Under the pieces are notes generated by a model, which made no database searches, was not told the origin of the DNA, and saw only the letters and a list, made by a program, of their open reading frames with translations. A program made the translations under genes and the position numbers. This document shows, piece after piece, positions 47,870-58,403 of a stretch of DNA of 64,000 nt; the first letter of the stretch is position 1, and every line of letters starts with the position of its first letter. The DNA comes from an uncultured Enterobacteriaceae bacterium. Lineage in GTDB: Bacteria; Pseudomonadota; Gammaproteobacteria; Burkholderiales; SG8-39. The stretch lies in contig CAYSFD010000016.1 in NCBI GenBank assembly GCA_964430565.1, positions 78,902 to 142,901 on the forward strand, in the 5' to 3' direction.

Positions 47870-48676
47870 ATGTCCGCATCCCCGCGGGAAATCGTCCGCA
47901 ACAACGTCAAAGAAAAGCTTGCACGCGGCGAAGTGGTCGCCTCGATGACCGTGCGCCTGTCGCGCTCGGTCGAGATCGCGCGCATTGCGAAGACCGCCGG
48001 GTTCGATTCGATCTACGTGGACCTCGAGCACTCGAGCCTGTCGCTGGAAACGACGAGCCAGATCTGCATCGCGGCGCTCGCGATCGGCATCGCGCCTTTC
48101 GTGCGCGTGCCGAGCATCAGGCCCGAACACGTCTCGCGCGCGCTCGACGCCGGCGCGCTCGGCGTGATCGCGCCGCACATCCGCTCGGCGGAGGAAGCGC
48201 GCGAGGTGGTGAGGTTCTCAAAATTTCCGCCGCTGGGCGAGCGCTCCGCGGCGGGAGCCCTGCCGCATCTTCACTACCGCTCGTTTCCTGCGGCCGAGGT
48301 AAACGCCGCGATGAATGAAGCGACGATGGTCGTCGTCCAGTTCGAGACCGCCGACGCAATCGAGAAAGCGGACGAGATCGCTGCGGTCGAAGGCGTGGAC
48401 ATGGTGCTCATGGGCACCAACGACCTCCTCGCCGACATGGGCCTCCCCGGGCAGTACGAACACAAGCGCGTGCGCGAGGCCTACACGCGCACTCTCGGCG
48501 CCTGCCGCAGGCACGGCAAACACCTCGGTGTGGGCGGTCTCGCGACGCACCCCAAGCTCGCCGCCGAGTTCGTGAAGATGGGCGCGCGCTACGTTTCGAC
48601 CGGCACCGACCTCGCTTTCCTCATCGCAGCGGCCACCGAGAGCGCGAAACAGGTGCACGAGATCGCTCTGCGATGA
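47870..48676 (+). CDS. HpcH/HpaI-family aldolase
   Basis: GFDSIYVDLEHSS, VRVPS, APHIRSAEEA, FPPLGERS, GVDMVLMGTNDL. Confidence 0.85.
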   Translation: MSASPREIVRNNVKEKLARGEVVASMTVRLSRSVEIARIAKTAGFDSIYVDLEHSSLSLETTSQICIAALAIGIAPFVRVPSIRPEHVSRALDAGALGVIAPHIRSAEEAREVVRFSKFPPLGERSAAGALPHLHYRSFPAAEVNAAMNEATMVVVQFETADAIEKADEIAAVEGVDMVLMGTNDLLADMGLPGQYEHKRVREAYTRTLGACRRHGKHLGVGGLATHPKLAAEFVKMGARYVSTGTDLAFLIAAATESAKQVHEIALR

Positions 48677-49455
48677 GCGGTGAGAAAATGAACGACGCAA
48701 TCAAAGTTGACGGCTACGAGATCGACGTCCTCATCCAGGGTTTCCCCGGCAGGATGGTGTGCCACGGAGGCCTGGGCTGGAGCACCGTGGCGCTCATCCG
48801 CGGCCACGGGCACGTCGCGCTGGTGGACGTCGGCAGCTTCAACATGCGAAAGGGCCTGATCGAGCAATTGGAGAAACGGGGCCTTGAGCCCGCCGACGTC
48901 ACGCACGTCATTCTCACGCATTCGCATTACGACCATTCTTTGAACTGGATCCTTTTCCGCCAGGCACGCATCGTCATCGGTGCGCGGGAGTTGGCGTGGT
49001 CGTTGAATGAGCCCTGGGGACAGGGGCCGGTGCCCGAGCTCTACATGCGCGAGCTGGAGAACTGGCCCTCGCTGCACCCCGTTGCGGCGGAACAGGAAAT
49101 CCTGCCGGGGCTCACGGCGCACGCCGCGCCGGGCCACACGCCGGGTCATCTGGTTTTCGTTCTCGAGGGGAAGGAGCGCGACGCAATCTTCACCGGCGAC
49201 GCCGCCAAGAACCGCGCGGAGCTGCTTTCGCGCCAGGGCGAAACCAGCTACGACGCGACCCTGAGCAGCGCGTCGATCGAGAGGATCTGGCAATTGTGGC
49301 GCAAACGGCCGGGCAGCATCCTGATCCCCGGCCACGACCTGCCGATGACGCAGAAGGACGGACGCATCGAATACATCGGCAGCCGCAAGGCCGCGCTCAA
49401 GGCGTGGTTCGGCGAGGACATCGAAACCTCGACGCTGATCGACCTGAAAGTGTGA
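48673..49455 (+). CDS. MBL-fold metallo-hydrolase
   Basis: LTHSHYDHSLN (HxHxDH), APGHTPGH, FTGDAA, IPGHD. ATGA overlap with the aldolase gene. Confidence 0.85.
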   Translation: MSGEKMNDAIKVDGYEIDVLIQGFPGRMVCHGGLGWSTVALIRGHGHVALVDVGSFNMRKGLIEQLEKRGLEPADVTHVILTHSHYDHSLNWILFRQARIVIGARELAWSLNEPWGQGPVPELYMRELENWPSLHPVAAEQEILPGLTAHAAPGHTPGHLVFVLEGKERDAIFTGDAAKNRAELLSRQGETSYDATLSSASIERIWQLWRKRPGSILIPGHDLPMTQKDGRIEYIGSRKAALKAWFGEDIETSTLIDLKV

Positions 49456-49489
49456 GATTCGCCGCGGCGCGGCCCAGGCGTTCAGCGCC

Positions 49490-50530
49490 TCAACGCAGCA
49501 AGTCCTCCAGCGGCCGGCGCGGCGTAGGTTTCGCCGGCGGATCCGCGTAGCCCAGCCTGAACGCCACCATGGGAACGCCGCCCGCGCGGAACAGCTTCGC
49601 GAACTTCGTCCTGACCTCATCGACCTCGAGCAACTGGCTGATCGGCTGAAGGCTCAGACCTTCGGACGTTGCGGTGAGATAAAGGCGTTCGAGCAACTGC
49701 CCGGCCTTGATCTGCCCCGCCTCCGCGCCGTCGGCGCCGCTGATCAGGCCGAACACGGGCGAGGTGGCGAGCGCCTTGTGATCGCCCCTCGCATCCGCCG
49801 CTTTCATTCCGAGCTGGGCGATCGCGAACTGCTGCGCGACCGCCAGCAGCCACGGGCCACCGAAATCCCCGCTGCCGATGGAGTCGGCGAGCTCCTCGCG
49901 GTACTTCGGCTCCGACAGCCCGAGCGCCTCGCCCGTCAGCATCAGCCTCTGCGCCGTCTGCTTGATCGCGGTGTTATCGGTGAGCAGGAGGGTCAGATCC
50001 CGGTCCGCATTGCACTCCCTCAACCTGCGAAGCACGGCCGCCGAGACCGACCGGTTCCGGTACCGCCCGTGGTTGGTGCGGCGCCGGACGATGGCCTCGA
50101 ACAGGCTCGCAGGGCGGAAAGGGGAAGCGACCGGCCTGTCGAGGATCGCAACCTGCGCGACGATCGAGCTGTCGAAAGCGTCGGGAGCGAGTGTCAGGTA
50201 ATGCCCGAAACCGAAATGTTCCAGCGCGATGAGGAGATTCTCCAGCGCGCAGCCGAGGCTGATGTGCAGCTCCCGCGCGTGCGGATCGGACACCCGTTGC
50301 CAGCGCGAGCGCTCCGAGTGAAGGCTGATCTGGTCCCGGCCGACCGTGAAATTCCATGGCTGCGTATTGCGATTGGATGGCGCGAGGATCGCGTAGCGCA
50401 GCAGAAATCTCAGTCTCTCGAAGCGCGAGCCGCGCGCGGGGTAGTCCGCCTCGCGAAGCGCCCAGGGATCGGCAGGTGAACGAGTTGCCGCGCGCTCGCT
50501 AGCTCCGGAATCTCTTCTGATAGACTTCAA
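49490..50530 (-). CDS. Acg-like double-domain nitroreductase-family protein
   Basis: LRYAILAPSNRNTQPW, RRRTNHGRY and two nitroreductase-like halves. The track start at 50530 is TTG and overlaps the upstream small ORF by 32 nt, so the start is uncertain. Confidence 0.8.
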   Translation of the reverse strand: MKSIRRDSGASERAATRSPADPWALREADYPARGSRFERLRFLLRYAILAPSNRNTQPWNFTVGRDQISLHSERSRWQRVSDPHARELHISLGCALENLLIALEHFGFGHYLTLAPDAFDSSIVAQVAILDRPVASPFRPASLFEAIVRRRTNHGRYRNRSVSAAVLRRLRECNADRDLTLLLTDNTAIKQTAQRLMLTGEALGLSEPKYREELADSIGSGDFGGPWLLAVAQQFAIAQLGMKAADARGDHKALATSPVFGLISGADGAEAGQIKAGQLLERLYLTATSEGLSLQPISQLLEVDEVRTKFAKLFRAGGVPMVAFRLGYADPPAKPTPRRPLEDLLR

Positions 50531-50714
50531 AATCTGGCCAGTTCGGATTGAAACACAAGCAACCGTAACCGAAAGGAACGGCGGAGGGGCAATTGCCGGG
50601 ATGCTGCGTCAGGCAATCCGCGAACCGATCAATGCCCCAGATCGCGCGAGTCTCGCAGTTTCGTTCGCGCGACGGCGGAATTGCTGCACTCAAAGGCTGA
50701 ATATGAGAACCCAT
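50499..50714 (-). CDS. small Cys-rich hypothetical protein (71 aa)
   Basis: ATG preceded by GGAGAA at a 5-nt spacing. Five Cys residues (NCETR, ADCLT, GNCPS, GCLCF). No family recognised, and GC3 is lower than in neighbouring genes. Confidence 0.35.
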   Translation of the reverse strand: MGSHIQPLSAAIPPSRERNCETRAIWGIDRFADCLTQHPGNCPSAVPFGYGCLCFNPNWPDFEVYQKRFRS

Positions 50715-50764
50715 CGCGATTCTCCGCCACTGGACAAAGTTTATGACTCACCCGGCCCGCAGCT

Positions 50765-50778
50765 TTGACCTAGATCAA
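50765..50778. promoter_or_regulatory. FNR/Anr/Dnr-type box TTGACCTAGATCAA
   Basis: One mismatch to TTGAT-N4-ATCAA. Centred about 57 nt upstream of the small Cys-rich ORF (minus strand) and about 85 nt upstream of the Bug gene (plus strand). Confidence 0.55.
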
Positions 50779-50855
50779 TCCCGGGGCGGATCGAGCCGAT
50801 CCAGGATGGCAGGCTGATCAAGGCCGCCGGAATCCAACCCGAATAGGAGGAAGAA

Positions 50856-51842
50856 ATGCCACGACTGAAGACGCTCCAATCCGTGACTCTGAGCCTAGTG
50901 CTCGCGCTGCCCGCCGCCGCACTGTATACGACGCATGCAGCGGCCCAGGCCTATCCCAGCAAGCCGGTGCGGCTTATCATCCCGTTCCCTCCGGGCGGGA
51001 GCAACGACGTGGTCGGGCGCATGATCGCGATCCAGCTCTCCGAGCGGCTGGGAAGGGGGATCGTCGCCGACAACCAGGGCGGCGCGGGCGGGATCATCGG
51101 CAGCGAAGCGGCGGCGAGATCGACGCCCGACGGCTATACGCTGCTCCTGATCTCGGTTGCCCACGCCTTCGGCAGCTCGATGTACAAGCTGCCGTACGAC
51201 CCGATCGGCGCCTTCGCGCCGGTGGCGATGCTCGGCACCGGGCCGGTTGTGCTCTGCGTCAATCCCAAGCTGCCCGTGGATTCGCTGAAGGAGCTGATCG
51301 CGCTCGCGAAGGAAAAGCCTGGGACGCTGAACTACGCCACGGCCGGTGTCGGAAGCTTCCAGCACCTGTCCAGCGCGCTGTTCAAGCTGCAGTCGGGACT
51401 GGACATCGTGCATATCCCGTTCAAGGGCGGCGGACCGGCGATGATGGACGTGATCGCCGGCAACACCCAGATCACGATCGGCTCGCTGATCCAGATGCTG
51501 CCGCACATCAAGAGCGGGCGGCTGCGCGCGCTCGGTGTCGGAAGCGCCAAGCGCGTGCCTGCGCTCCCCGACCTGCCGACCATCTCGGAGGCGGGGGTCC
51601 CGGGTTACGAGGCGACCAACTGGTGGGGCATCGTCGCGCCGGCCGGAACGCCGCGTCCCGTCATCGAGCGGCTGCACAAGGAGCTCTCGGTGATCCTCGC
51701 CTCGGCTGAAACGAAAAAGCGTTTCGAATCCGAAGGCGGGGAAGCGGTGCAGATGAGCCCGGAGGAGTTCGGCCGGTTCATCGTTTCGGAGACGGCGAAA
51801 TGGGCGAAGGTGGTGAAAGAAGCCGGGATCAAGCCGGAGTAG
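50856..51842 (+). CDS. Bug/TctC-family substrate-binding protein
   Basis: Signal peptide, then AYPSKPVRLIIPFPPGGSNDVVGR and AGVGSFQHL. SD is AGGAGGAAG. Confidence 0.9.
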   Translation: MPRLKTLQSVTLSLVLALPAAALYTTHAAAQAYPSKPVRLIIPFPPGGSNDVVGRMIAIQLSERLGRGIVADNQGGAGGIIGSEAAARSTPDGYTLLLISVAHAFGSSMYKLPYDPIGAFAPVAMLGTGPVVLCVNPKLPVDSLKELIALAKEKPGTLNYATAGVGSFQHLSSALFKLQSGLDIVHIPFKGGGPAMMDVIAGNTQITIGSLIQMLPHIKSGRLRALGVGSAKRVPALPDLPTISEAGVPGYEATNWWGIVAPAGTPRPVIERLHKELSVILASAETKKRFESEGGEAVQMSPEEFGRFIVSETAKWAKVVKEAGIKPE

Positions 51843-51921
51843 AGGAAGTGAAGACCGTCAAGGTGATCCTCGCCTGGACCCGCACCGGGAAAGCCCCTTC
51901 CGAACTCTCCCAGTAACGCAG

Positions 51922-53619
51922 GTGCGGACTGCCGTCCTCACCCGGTTGCTCGCCGGCTACTGCGCTGCGATTGCCTGCTCGCTCGGTCAGGCGACCGCCC
52001 AGGAGCCCGCCACGGACGAGAAAGCTCCGCTCTCCGCGGAGGCTGCGCCGTCTTCCACAGGGAAAATCCCGTCCTTCGCCGAGCTCGAGGCGGCCGGGGC
52101 CGTCATCGGCGAGGTACGGATCGACGTCCGCAACATCTTTGATCTTTCGGACGAGAAGGAAAACGGCGTCCTCTACCAGGCCGCGAACGCGATTCACATT
52201 CAAACGCGCGAGTGGGTCGTCAGGCGCCAGTTGTTGTTCAAGCCCGGCGAGCGCGTCTCGGTCCGCCTCATCGAAGAGACGCAGCGCCTGATGCGGTTGA
52301 GCCGGACTTTTTACGATGTCAGCATCGCGCCGATCGGCTACCGCGACGGCGTGGTCGATATCGAAGTCAGGACGCGCGATAACTGGACGCTGCATCTCGG
52401 CGGGAGCGCCAGCCGCGTAGGGGGCGCCAACAAAACCGAGGCGGCGGTGTCGGACCGCAACCTCCTCGGCACCGGCGTTCTCTTCGGTGCCAGCAGCGCC
52501 AGGGATGCCGATCGCAGCGGCACCGAGTACCACTTTTCCGCGCCCCACCTTCTCGACGGCTGGACCACGATCGCCTACTCGAAGAGCCGGCTGAGCGACG
52601 GCGAGAGCATGGCGGCATCGATCATCCGGCCGTTCTACGCTCTGGACACGCGCTGGGCGGCTGGATTCTCGACCTCCACGGGTACTCGCATCGACTCCCA
52701 ATTCAGCAACGGGGAGAAGTCCGCCCAGTTTCGCCACGAGCAGGAAAGTGCCGTGGCATTCGGAGGCTGGTCCGAGGGCCTGGTGAACGGCTGGACGCAC
52801 CGCTATTCAGCGGGCTTCAGCTACCAGAAGGACAGCTACAAGGTCGAGCCGGGCCTTCCCCTTCCGGCTCCCGATCCATTTCCTCTGGATCAGACGCTCG
52901 CTGCGCCCTTTTTGCGCTACGAGCTCGTGCACGACGACTACGAGGAGGTCAAGAACCGGAACCTGATCGAGCGTCCGGAGTACTTCGCGATGGGAACCCA
53001 ATCCAGCGTTCAGCTGGGCCGCACATTAACGAGCCTAGGCTCGACGCAAAACCTTTGGCTCTACTCCGCCAGCGCGAGCGACGGCTTCCGGCTCCCATCG
53101 AACCGGATCTTGCTCGGTTCGGCCTCGGTCTCCGGGCAGACCGGTTACGCGCCGCTCGAACGGCAACTGGCGAGCGGCTCGATTCAATTCTATGGCCGCT
53201 CGGACGACCGGGACCGGACGTTTGTCTCTCTCGCCGGCAACGCCCTCACGGACCCTAACCCTGCCAGCCAACTGACGCTCGGGGGCGACACGGGCTTGCG
53301 CGGATATCCGCGGAACTACCAGACCGGCGACCGCCGCGTGCTGCTCAACATCGAGGAACGCGTCTATACGGACTGGTACCCATTCCGCCTGTTCCGCGTG
53401 GGGGGCGCGGTGTTCTACGACTTGGGCCGGGCCTGGGACGGCCCCGGCGAAAGTCCCTCGAGCGCGCACTGGGCGAGCGACGTCGGCTTCGGCCTGCGCA
53501 TTCAGAGCACGCGCTCATCCTCGGGGAACGTTCTGCACGTCGACCTCGCCTTCCCCCTGAATCACGATCCGAACATCAAATCGTTTCAGTTCCTGGTCTT
53601 GACCAAGGTCTCGTTTTGA
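51922..53619 (+). CDS. Omp85/BamA-TamA-family outer-membrane protein with a single POTRA-like domain
   Basis: Signal peptide; POTRA-like IGEVRIDVRNIFD...VVRRQLLFKPGERVS...YDVSIAPIGYRDGVVDIEVRTRDNWTL; beta-barrel-like alternating pattern; LTLGGDTGLRGYP motif; C-terminal aromatic residue (…LTKVSF). GTG start. Confidence 0.75.
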   Translation: MRTAVLTRLLAGYCAAIACSLGQATAQEPATDEKAPLSAEAAPSSTGKIPSFAELEAAGAVIGEVRIDVRNIFDLSDEKENGVLYQAANAIHIQTREWVVRRQLLFKPGERVSVRLIEETQRLMRLSRTFYDVSIAPIGYRDGVVDIEVRTRDNWTLHLGGSASRVGGANKTEAAVSDRNLLGTGVLFGASSARDADRSGTEYHFSAPHLLDGWTTIAYSKSRLSDGESMAASIIRPFYALDTRWAAGFSTSTGTRIDSQFSNGEKSAQFRHEQESAVAFGGWSEGLVNGWTHRYSAGFSYQKDSYKVEPGLPLPAPDPFPLDQTLAAPFLRYELVHDDYEEVKNRNLIERPEYFAMGTQSSVQLGRTLTSLGSTQNLWLYSASASDGFRLPSNRILLGSASVSGQTGYAPLERQLASGSIQFYGRSDDRDRTFVSLAGNALTDPNPASQLTLGGDTGLRGYPRNYQTGDRRVLLNIEERVYTDWYPFRLFRVGGAVFYDLGRAWDGPGESPSSAHWASDVGFGLRIQSTRSSSGNVLHVDLAFPLNHDPNIKSFQFLVLTKVSF

Positions 53620-53656
53620 GGCGTTGCGGGTTCTCGACGCTTTTACGTCGCGCCAC

Positions 53657-56470
53657 TTAGAACGAGCGCCCGATCCGCAAATAGCCGACTTTTCCTCCCG
53701 GCGCCTCGAAACCTTTTGCGAAGCCCAGGCGGAACTGCGCGCCGAACAGATAGCCCGCGCGCATTTCCGACAGCAACTCGAGACCCGCGCTTCTGTAGTA
53801 GTGCTGCGGGTCGCCGCTCTCCCAAGCCGCACCGATATCGAAGAAGACGTTCATCGAGAGCCGGTTCAGCCCCGCCGGCGGCACCATGAAAGCCCGGTCG
53901 ACATCGGCGATCGTCGTGCGCCACTCGACCGTACCGAGCCGGGAGTGGTGGCCCGTCAGCACCGATTCGCCGCTCAGGTAGCCACGCAGCGGAAACTCGC
54001 GCTGGTTGAGCACGGGCAGCGCAAACGTTTCCTCGGAGAAGCTGCCGCCGAGCTGAATCGGCTCGGCTTCGGGCTGCGCATGCGCCTCGTTCCAACGTAG
54101 CGCAAGCACCGTCTTGCCTGCCGGCAGATACACGCGCCAGTCGGCGCGATAGAAATTGCCCGAGTAGGCGCCGCGCAGGCGATTAGAGGTTTCGGCGTAG
54201 AGCTGCAACTGCTGTCCCTGGCTCGGCCCTTCGGACAGCAACTGCTGCCTGCGCGTGTCTACTCCGGCGAGCAGTCCCAGCACGCGTTCGTCGTACGCCG
54301 CCGTGGTTCCGAGCGTCAAGTCGTGCTGAGTTTCCTGGTCGAGCGCGGCGCCAAGCCCCCAGTAGTAACGGGCGTCGAATGAGAGATTGCGCCACAGCGA
54401 CACCCATTGCGCCGTCTCGTTGATGGCGTAGGCCTTGATTTCCTCGCCCGTGCTCTTTTGGTCATTGGTGACCTTCGCCTTGACCGTCATGAACCGGTTG
54501 AAAAGCAAGCCATGACGGTTGTCGTAAACATAGGAGGCGCTCCCCAGCGTTTCATTCTGCGTGAATTCATACATCGGCGCGAGCACGTACTGGTGCAGGC
54601 CCAGCGCATCCTGCCCGAAAGTCTGCACGCCCAGCGCGAAAGCGCCGTCGGCGATGTAGCCCGCCGGGAACCACGAGCGCGGCAGGAGCGAGGACCACGG
54701 CGCGTAGTCCCGGTCGGGGAGCGGACGCTCGGCAGCCGGTACGGATGAGGCCCCGAATTCCACTGCCGCAGCCGCTTCGCGGCGCTCGACCGGCGCATCC
54801 GGCAGGCGATGCAGCCGCAGCACGTCGCCGTCGGCCTCGATCGTCGTGAGCAACATTTCACCGGCGACCGGCGCGCTGATCTCGCGGATGCCGTTCAGCG
54901 CCTCCGACCAGCGCGCGAGGCGCCGCTCGCTGCGCCGCCAAGACCAGACGTTGGAAACCTTGCCGTAGTCGGCGACGAAGTAGATGTCCTCCGAAGCATC
55001 GCCGAACCTCGGAGAGTGTTTGATCGCCTCGTCGGAAAGCAGAAGCGACGCCTTGCCGTCGGCGATTTGAACGAGCGACCAGCGCCCCTCGCGCAGGCTC
55101 GTCACGACGACCTTCCCGCCTCCCGCCGCAAGCCCAGTGAGGGCCTCACCCGGAGCGGCGCGATAGAGCGAGCGCTCCAGCGCGCCCTCTTGATTCACGA
55201 TGACGACTTCCGCCTCGCCGTTGACGACCCGGATCGCGGCGATGCGGCCGTCATCGAGCGGCGCGGTAAAGCGGAATCGCCCACAATCGGTGAGCCGGTC
55301 AAGACCGCCGCCGGCGCCAAGCCGGTACAGGTCGTAGTAATAGTTGTAGTTTCCGCAGATCTCGAGTTTCGAGAGCAGCAGCTCGCCGCGCGGGGAGGTT
55401 GAGAGCCGGGTCAGTGCCTCGACCTCGCGGACCGGCCGAGCCTCCCGGCCCTTCTCCTGCCGCATGAGTTTCAGCCGCGTATAGCCGTCCCCCTGCACGT
55501 ACCAGCGCTCGCCCTCGCGCGTGAGCAAGGGACTGGTAATCGAATACGCGCGGGCAAGTATTTCCCCGCCTCGATCGGGCCGCTTGACCGGATCCTGCAT
55601 CTTGGCGGCGAAGCGCACGCGCAGCCAGTTCTCGTACTCCAGCCACAGCACGTCCTGCCACTTGCCGGTAATCGCCGCGGTGTTGCTGTGCACGCGAAAC
55701 GGGAAGAAGTCGCCGCTGTAGTTCTCGACGTAATCGACGATCGCCTTCTGTCCGTAGCGCTCGCCGAGGAACAGGAAAAAATAACTGCCGTAGAGATAGT
55801 CGCGGTTGTGCGGAAAACCGCGCCCGTCGGCGTGGATCTCGCGAAGCGAAATCGGCCCCCGGCCGACTTCCGCGCGCATCATGCCCTCGAACTCGCTCTG
55901 GCCCAGGCGCCCCCAGCCCTTGCTCGAGTCGGATTCCGCGTAGACGGCCAGACCTTCCTTCACCCATCCCGGCCCCCACACGTTGGGCAGGGTGTTGGGG
56001 AAGAACAGGTAGAACCATGGAGGCGAGCGTCCGAAGATGCGGCGCATGGCAAGCGGCGCGCCCCTCGCCTTGTCCATGTGCACGACGTGGGTAAACTCGT
56101 GGGTCAGCACCAGCTCCAGCCACTCCCGGTTTTGCAGCAGCTCGCCCGAGTCGGGCGGCGAGAGCACGATGCCCATGTAGTTGAACGGCAGGGGCGAGGC
56201 GAGCCCGTTGGCGAGATCGAGCGAATCGACCACCACGATCTGCGTTCGCGTCTCGGGTTTCCATTTAAGCCAGTCCGTGATCCGCGGATACACCGTCTCG
56301 GCGACCTCGGCGACGGTGCGGGCCTGCGTGCGGTAGGGTTCGGCGAAATGCACCGAGAAATTGGGCGTGTCCAATGTTCGCCAGCGTAGCGAAGGATCGA
56401 CGAACTGCGCATGCGCCGCAAACCCGAAAAGGAGCGGCGCGACAGCCAGGACGCGCAAGCAGCGCTTCAT
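53657..56470 (-). CDS. outer-membrane fusion protein: gluzincin-type metallopeptidase, TolB/PD40-like propeller and C-terminal Omp85-like beta-barrel
   Basis: Signal peptide MKRCLRVLAVAPLLFGFAAHAQ (ATG at 56470). LTHEFTHVVH (HExxH) with a downstream WVKEGLAVYAES. Middle region has PD40-like segments (DIYFVADYGKVSNVWSW). The last ~330 aa have beta-strand periodicity, an FPLRGY motif and a terminal …YLRIGRSF. Confidence 0.7.
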   Translation of the reverse strand: MKRCLRVLAVAPLLFGFAAHAQFVDPSLRWRTLDTPNFSVHFAEPYRTQARTVAEVAETVYPRITDWLKWKPETRTQIVVVDSLDLANGLASPLPFNYMGIVLSPPDSGELLQNREWLELVLTHEFTHVVHMDKARGAPLAMRRIFGRSPPWFYLFFPNTLPNVWGPGWVKEGLAVYAESDSSKGWGRLGQSEFEGMMRAEVGRGPISLREIHADGRGFPHNRDYLYGSYFFLFLGERYGQKAIVDYVENYSGDFFPFRVHSNTAAITGKWQDVLWLEYENWLRVRFAAKMQDPVKRPDRGGEILARAYSITSPLLTREGERWYVQGDGYTRLKLMRQEKGREARPVREVEALTRLSTSPRGELLLSKLEICGNYNYYYDLYRLGAGGGLDRLTDCGRFRFTAPLDDGRIAAIRVVNGEAEVVIVNQEGALERSLYRAAPGEALTGLAAGGGKVVVTSLREGRWSLVQIADGKASLLLSDEAIKHSPRFGDASEDIYFVADYGKVSNVWSWRRSERRLARWSEALNGIREISAPVAGEMLLTTIEADGDVLRLHRLPDAPVERREAAAAVEFGASSVPAAERPLPDRDYAPWSSLLPRSWFPAGYIADGAFALGVQTFGQDALGLHQYVLAPMYEFTQNETLGSASYVYDNRHGLLFNRFMTVKAKVTNDQKSTGEEIKAYAINETAQWVSLWRNLSFDARYYWGLGAALDQETQHDLTLGTTAAYDERVLGLLAGVDTRRQQLLSEGPSQGQQLQLYAETSNRLRGAYSGNFYRADWRVYLPAGKTVLALRWNEAHAQPEAEPIQLGGSFSEETFALPVLNQREFPLRGYLSGESVLTGHHSRLGTVEWRTTIADVDRAFMVPPAGLNRLSMNVFFDIGAAWESGDPQHYYRSAGLELLSEMRAGYLFGAQFRLGFAKGFEAPGGKVGYLRIGRSF

Positions 56471-56495
56471 GCGCGCCCCACCGGGCGTCGCAAAG

Positions 56496-58394
<1,899 letters not shown>

Positions 58395-58403
58395 GGCTTG
58401 AGT

